Shown here in pieces: positions 57,235 to 64,000 of a DNA stretch of 64,000 bases. The notes beneath the pieces are model-generated. The model did not search any database. It worked only from the letters and a program-made list of their open reading frames with translations, and had not been told where the DNA came from. How positions within the stretch are numbered: position 1 is the stretch's first letter; every line of letters starts with the position of its first letter. The stretch is from Blepharisma stoltei ATCC 30299 (lineage: Eukaryota; Protista; Ciliophora): contig CBFDEM010000053.1 of the NCBI GenBank assembly GCA_965603825.1, positions 62,001-126,000 of the forward strand. The letters run 5' to 3'. Both the position numbers and the translations under genes were made by a program.

Positions 57235-58317
57235 TTAATTTGAATATTTGTGGTAATATTCAATTTCTTTCCTTAGATCTTTTTGGACTTGTACATCAGG
57301 CTTAGGCTGTTGATTTAGCACTTCTAGTTGTTTCTCGAGAGCTTCTAACAACAAGCTTAACAGTTCTTTTTTTGATTTTTTAAAATAAAAATTAAAGCAT
57401 GGACAAATTTCAGCAGGTCTCAAGTCATGGACTTTTCCCAAGTGATTCATAAATAGTCCTTGAAAGCCAGGCACTTCTTTGACCTTTTCTAAGCCATCAA
57501 CTTCAATAGGCTCCACACTTCAGTTTTCTTTATTTACAAGCCTCAAATTATTTTGTTTTAGAGCAAGGCTATAATCATAACCAGCTGGAGGCCAATCTTC
57601 AGCAATATATCACCATCTCGCCAATATCTTTGTAACAATTTCAGCTTTTTCTCTCTCTTCTCTTGTAGTGAATTCTTTAAACTGTATATATTTTTTCGAA
57701 TTATCAGGACTTTTATTTTTCTTTTTTCTCTCAACAATTTCTTCATATTTCTTTGATTTGTGTTTATCATGGTTTTTTGATGATTTTCTGTCATGCTTGT
57801 CATGTTTTTTGTGCTTTTTTTCTCTGTTTTCTAGCTTGTCTTTCTTTGGAGCATTAGGAATTAGTCCACGAGCCCTTTTTTCTTCTAACGCCTGTTTGCC
57901 AACTAAAATCTTTTTTGGCTCTTTGTTTTCTTCATTTAAATCTAAATCTTCTTGAATAAATTCGTTGGATTCTGCCAAACTGCTGGTATCTGATGCACTT
58001 TCTTCACTGCTACTTGAAGATTTACGTTTATGGATTTTCCGCGCTCCACCTTCTTCGTCGGTAGAATGAGCCGACTCAGATGAGCTTACAGGTGGTCCAT
58101 ATCTATCATATTCGACTTTGTCAGTAATAAAATCATCCAAAGATGAGTCATCTTCAAAAACTGGTTTTGTCTCAGAGGATATAAGCGGCTTTGGATTATT
58201 GTCTTTAGATAAGGAAGCTCCGGATTTTTTAGGTATAAAATCTTCAATGAAGGAAGGAGAGCTAGGCTTGTTAGGTTTTAGCTTCTTTAATCTTTTCCGA
58301 TGTTTGGATTCTTCCAT
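57235..58317 (-). CDS. Probable nuclear protein: low-complexity acidic/basic N-terminus plus folded-looking C-terminal domain (360 aa; TGA at 57610 and 57520)
   Basis: Frame continuous through two TGA: ILARW(W)YIAEDWPP...EVPGFQGLF..GKVHDLRP..CP.F. Confidence 0.75.
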
Positions 58318-58901
58318 TGAAAATAATATAGTTAAATTAGAATGTTGGGAGATAGATGCATTTTTGGATTTTTTAAGTTAGGAAAACGTATTAGTTGCTA
58401 TGTTTAAGAAAAAATAAATGATAAAAATTATCTAATAAACCTTTGCATAATTGATAGTTTTACTAAATAGATATTTATATAATAATTAAACGATATTGAG
58501 AAGAAAAGTCTAAAAATGAAATGGGATTTTAAGCCTATTAGTTCATTTAGAATAATCAATAGTTTTATCTTCTCAGAAATAAGAGAATTACTTATTGCTA
58601 GGATTTAGCTTTTTAAGTATATATATTATTAAAGGAACTATTTCTTAAAGAAAAAATTCTGTGTACCATTATGCTCTGATCCTTAAGCTAAATCTCCAAA
58701 ATAAATAGAATTATAATCTATTTTAATAATGAAGAAATATGGCTTTATTAATTAAAATTAAATAATATGCGCAAAAATCTTTGGCACTATAAATTAATTA
58801 AATTAATTTAAAAGAATTATCGATTTTGGTGTGCGTTTTTCACATTAAAGCATAGAATATTACTATCTAAAAATGAAAATAAAATAATTAAAAAACTGGC
58901 T

Positions 58902-59582
58902 ATGCTTACAATAATTTTTGGTGCACTTGGCATAGCTGCTTCTGTGTATTTAAACTTATCTCCTATCCCATCTCTAAAGCGTGCTTATAAAACTAAAGAC
59001 ATAAAAGAAATTTCTCAAGCTTATCTCACAATAGCTTCATTAAATTTTGCATTATGAACTTTATATGGAATTAAGGCCGACTTAATTGAAGTTTTCATTG
59101 GAAATTTAATCTGTTTTTGTCTTTCCACAATATGAATATGCACTTATCATGGAATCAAAGGAGATTGGATAATATATATTCCAATATATATAATATCCAT
59201 GTCAAGTTTATTGGTAGTCTTATATATCTTCTGCCCAAAATTAATTTTAGGCTTACTTGGGATTGGAGCTACAGTGTTAATGTATGGCGCGCCAATAGAA
59301 CGAATTATTCCAGCACTGAAATATAAGGACTATTCTTATATTGATGTCTGAATTTTAACAGCTTTGATTTTTAATGCAGCTTCTTGGATTATTTATGGGG
59401 TTATTGTTGATGATTGACTTATTTTAGCTCCTAATATAGCTGGGCTAATTTTTACGATTTTTCAATTAATTCTTTATCTTTGGGCAAGGAGCTTAATTTC
59501 TTGTGGCTTATTTACAATGATTAGCAAAAAGCTGAACTATAAAAGCCTTGAAGATGGCGAAAACGAAAATGATAATAATTAA
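58902..59582 (+). CDS. SWEET (MtN3/saliva) sugar transporter (226 aa; 4 TGA; absent from the ORF track)
   Basis: Two MtN3 repeats: LSPIPSLKRAYKTK..NFAL(W)TLYG..GN and MYGAPIERII..NAASWIIYG..D(W)LILAPNIAG..QLILY. Ends TAA. Confidence 0.9.
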
Positions 59583-59787
59583 ATTTATCCTCAATCAATG
59601 CATCTCATAATATTTCAAAGCATTGCAAAGTTGGATTGAAATAGATTTAATTAATTTTAATTAATTCACTCTCCCCTACAATAATAAAATTATTATTTAT
59701 ATATTTCTCGATAATTGCAACATTTTATCTCATTATAAAATTTAATCGGCAATAAATTCTGTCATTATAATGATTTTTTCAGATTAT

Positions 59788-60321
59788 TTAATTTCCAAAT
59801 GAATACTCATTTTCGGAGGTTCTATTAAATATTTGTCTTTTCTTCTTCACCATTTCATTACTAATGCGTGCGCTCTGATTAGCGTTCGGAATTCTGAGAC
59901 TTAATGCAACTTTCTCAAAAGAAGCAATGTGTGGCAGATTTTTGGAACTGTTTACTTGGAGTTGTTTTGATATCATGCTCTTGGCTGCAAAACACACCTT
60001 TTTTACTGACTTTTCAAGGAGAGGCACAGATTTTATATTATTTGGGCTTTTAATAGGTGGTAGAAATACTATATTTGGATCTCATAGAGATTTTGAGCTC
60101 CCTTCTATTTTAAACTGAAAGTTTAAGCAGGCTTCTGGGAGTTTGAGTTTTAGAGGACAAACAGGCAAAAGTCTTGGGGAATGCTTAATGTCACGGTGGT
60201 GGATTAATAATTTTTGGTTTTTATCTAAGTTGTCTATTGAAGGCTGAGATTTAGGGGATAGTGCTGGTAAAACTGGCTGAGATCTTGTGCTTTCAAAATC
60301 TGTTTTAATGGAGTTTTTCAT
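59788..60321 (-). CDS. Hypothetical basic protein (177 aa; TGA at 60082)
   Basis: Two ORF-track fragments in one frame joined by TGA. Confidence 0.65.
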
Positions 60322-60572
60322 TAATTACAATCGAAAATTTCAGTTATTTATTAAAATTGCTCCTATAAGTTAAATCTTCATTGCGATTTTTGTAAGGAAT
60401 ATTAACTTTTCTGATTTTCTACCCAAATATATCTGTTAGAATTTATATTTTACTTACTATTAGATAAATTTGACATTATTTAATTTCATCTTAAAACATT
60501 ATTCATATATGGCGTCAGAATTTGCATAAAAATCATATTAAGTTTAATTATGATATTTTAGGATCTTATTTA

Positions 60573-61805
60573 TTATTCTGCTATAATAAATGACCAAGAG
60601 AACTCAGGAACTATATCTCCAGGTTTGCTCAATGTTCGTAAAGCATAAGAAAATTCAATTTTTCCATAAGGATTATTCCATTGAACTCCAACCCCACACG
60701 ACCCTCTAATCTGATTTTTTGCGAGTTCTTTATCACGAATTGTCTTAATTACTTCTGGATATAACACATTTCCATATAAGAAAGGAATAAACTTTCCAAT
60801 TCTTCCAAATGCAGGCGTATTATAATATAATAACTTCGCCTCAAGATTAAGAGTCGATGAGCTTCCTAATGGATTTTCTTTCAAAAAATCAAATCCTTTT
60901 ACAAACTTAGTTTTATATCTATCATTAACCTGTGCTTTTCATTCAAAAAGTGACCCAAATAATAAAGACGTTTGAAGTGAAAGATTTGGGGTAATTTGGA
61001 AGTACTTAAAAAAATTACAGTCAAAGCGATAAAATTTTGTAAATTCTCCAAATGCAACCTCATTTATACACTTACAAAATGATCCAGTATGAGGCTCATC
61101 TTTTTTATCTCTGCTATCAGAAAGGTAAGTATAAGCTAGATAATTTTTAGGTGTAACAGGCAGTTCTGTGTTCATGATATCAGAAGATGAAGGCTCAAGT
61201 GCAAAATAATTGGTCCTTATGCATCTTCCTGCTTCAAATGTATTTTTCCCATCTACTGACTTCAAAGCGAAGCTTCCCCCATAAATATTTTCTGTCACAT
61301 TTCTATCAATAACTTCGTTATGTTTTTTAACTGAATATATCCCTTCCCATTTCCCAGGATAATAAAGTTTATCGTGATGGATGAATTCGGCTTCAAAAGT
61401 TGAAGTGTTTGGCTTGTAGCCTAAACAGAATTTTGTTAAGTCAGCTTTGCCTCTTATGTTTTTAAGGACAGCAGAGATAACCCCTTTGCCACCTTCTGTA
61501 TTGGGCAATAAATTTAAATCCATACCCCACCAAGGAGAGTCTTTTAATGAAAAAGTAACTAAGGCTGAGTCTGTGATAGGACCTGGAAGGACAAGAATGT
61601 CACAGCTTCTATAGACACCGAGAGCTTTAAGCCTTTCTGTAGTTATTTTGATGTTTTGATTGAGCTCAGAGACTGTGCTTGATCTTGAAATTTGCTGCGC
61701 ATAATTTTTAAGTAGAACTTTTTCAGTGGAAGTTCCATGGAATTCTACTTCGACGCCTACGATAGGGTTTTCCTTGAAGTCTTCTAGACTTGTAGGCTTG
61801 TCCAT
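60573..61805 (-). CDS. SAM50: Sam50/Omp85 mitochondrial outer-membrane beta-barrel (410 aa; TGA at 60939)
   Basis: POTRA-like RLKALGVY, DSRDKKDEPHTGS, NDRY..VKGF, RGSCGVGVQWNNPYGKIEFSY. Confidence 0.8.
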
Positions 61806-61934
61806 TTACCTTTATTAATTTCTTAATGTTAAAAATAGAATATTTTTGTTCATTATATAAGATATGTACATTTGTCCTTTTATATTAAAATAAATTAAGC
61901 ACATTTAGGGTTTTACAAAAATATTTTTTATTGA

Positions 61935-62693
61935 TTAACTCCTTGCAGTATTATATGATCCACACTCAGGGCACTTCATGCCTAAAAAATGGAATTTTAC
62001 AGTTGATCTCCTACATAGATTTTACTTTAAACAGTCATTACACAAGATGGAAAACTCCAAATCTGTATACTCTTCAGGCATTTCATTCTGTGCAATTTCT
62101 TCATCCAATTCTTGATAAACCATTGACATATCAACTACAGTTTTAAGACATAAAGGACAATTATAGCATTTATTCTTAATCATTTCTTTCAAGCACTTTC
62201 TATGAATGAAATGACCACACTTCATAGAAATCGTCTGTTCTCTGCTTGTAAACATATCTTCTTGACAAACTGCGCAATTTGCTTTCAACATTCCAGGCCT
62301 GCAGGTATGAGCATCTATTAAGGCGATTCCAAGGCAAGCTTCACAAGTATCACAATGGAAATAATTTTCTTTTGGCCCAACTCTACATATTCCGCATTTT
62401 TCACAGTGATAAATCTGCTTACTTAAATTACTATCATATAAGTGGCAAATTGAACAAAAATAAGCTCCCATGCAGATTCCACAATTTTGACAAGATTGCT
62501 CGAGTGTTTGGATATAAGAGCAATGCCGACAGCGAACTCGAATTGTATCGGATCTAGCCATTCGATGAGCCTTCTTAATGTCTTTCTCGTCCTCAAACTT
62601 TACTTTATCATGACAAAATTTGCAGGGGAAAAATTCTTGGCAGCAAGCAGCAAGGTAATCACATTCTCTGTCATAATGAGTGCACGGATCCAT
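61935..62693 (-). CDS. RCHY1: RING finger and CHY zinc-finger E3 ligase (Pirh2-like, 247 aa; 15-nt intron)
   Basis: CTHYDREC..CC..FFPCKFCHD, YFCSIC, CAVCQEDMFTS..CGHFIH..CPLC. After splicing: CNDCLKRSTVKFHFLGMKCPECGSYNT. Confidence 0.93.
62011..62025 (-). other. 15-nt intron (GTAAAATCTATGTAG)
   Basis: Removes an in-frame TAA and restores the C-terminal zinc ribbon. Confidence 0.9.
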
Positions 62694-64000
62694 TATTTTA
62701 TTTAAGTATTTCTCTTTATTTTTGAACTAAAAATGGTTGGTTTTAGACTTTATATCATTTAAAATCTCTTATTTTTTATAATAAATCATATTCCGCCAAA
62801 ATTGATATTTAGAAAATATACAAAAAAGGCATACAAGGAAAGAGATTTGAGCTGTTAGCAAAAATAATAAAATATAATTTTCATTCCAGCAATAAAGTCA
62901 GATTTTTATTATTAAATCTATCAAAATGTATTGAATCTTTCAGCATTGAAATTTCCAATAAAAATTATTCATAATTTTGAAGACGTACTATTGGCTTTTA
63001 TATAATAAATACTTAGTAAAATATCAAAAGACTGTTACAAACGGACTCTAGGAAAATCAGTATAAAGATTCAAATTTAAAAATTTAAATGGCAAATAATT
63101 CTAAGTTTTCAAAGAGAATAATGATATTTTGGATAAAATTCATAGGTTGGAATATATTGAAAAGGCATGAACGATGCGAAATGGAGTCTATTAAATATGA
63201 AATTTGATTTGGAATTTATTAAAAGAAGTATTGAGGAAATGAACATAAATAAAATATATAATTAATAGTAATTAGTAGTGATTAAATATTAAATTAATTT
63301 GCATAAGGTAAAGCTAAAAGATAGAATAAACTGGAATATTTAAATTCTTAATTTCTGACACTCGACATAATATTTAAGGACCTATCAGAATATTTTCACC
63401 AGTTCACCAAATCCATTATTCTATAATTAGCTTAATATTTAACTTGTTTACAGTATGCAACACTTATAATAATTACTTCTATTGGTCATTTGCACCGATA
63501 CCTACTTATTGCATAACTCTTGCAATTCATACTTCCAGGTAGGTAACATTTCTCAATCACATTCAAATCATTCTGATGATCTGGATGTGCTTAAAAGAGA
63601 TTGACCACTTAAAGAATATCTTCTACTGTTGTATATAATATTTCACTATTTAAAACTTCATCAAAAATATTATTATAATTATTCCCCAACTTCTCGCCAA
63701 TGATCTGTCAAATTATTTTCGTAAATTTTATATCAATACAATTCCAGCAAAATGATACCCTTATTTACCTAAATACTAGCTGCTGCTAATCATGCAGAAA
63801 TCACAAAAAATCCCAATAAAAAGTTCTGACCAAAAATGGTTATGCATGATCTTTCCAATTCCTCTCCTTCATCAAACCATATTTTTCTTTGCTTATAATT
63901 TTTATAATCTCCTTCACTTTACTTATCTTTACTTAATTTCTGCCATTGAAACCTCAAATTTAAGAATAAAAATCCCGATTACAAATGTCTGGAATAGGAT

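Overview
AT-rich, very gene-dense eukaryotic DNA with about 52 protein-coding genes. It looks like the macronuclear genome of a heterotrich ciliate, most likely Blepharisma or a close relative (inference). Two properties explain the fragmented ORF track. First, in-frame TGA sits repeatedly at conserved tryptophan positions, so UGA=Trp and genes end at TAA/TAG. Second, the spliceosomal introns are only 15-16 nt (GTA...A at position 10...AG); 12 were reconstructed by hand. Re-reading with this code restores DOLK, SPEF2, CEP131, SAC1, ACAD8, SRPK, Lon, AKTIP, OXA1/COX18, TOGARAM, SAM50, RCHY1 and others. It also reveals genes absent from the ORF track: an INO80E-like micro-gene, a LITAF gene, a SWEET transporter and a 107-aa ORF with six UGA codons. 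The most notable items are a SECIS-binding protein 2 in a UGA=Trp genome (implying dual Trp/Sec meaning of UGA), two dispersed paralogues of an unrecognised four-HTH protein family sharing a GGGGGATA upstream motif, a minimal GTSF1-like protein, a GPI-anchored Frizzled-CRD/Mid1-like protein, and a run of 15 co-oriented genes with stop-to-start gaps as short as 12 nt. No tRNA, rRNA, CRISPR array or intact mobile element was recognised. All family assignments come from motif recognition by eye, not database searches.
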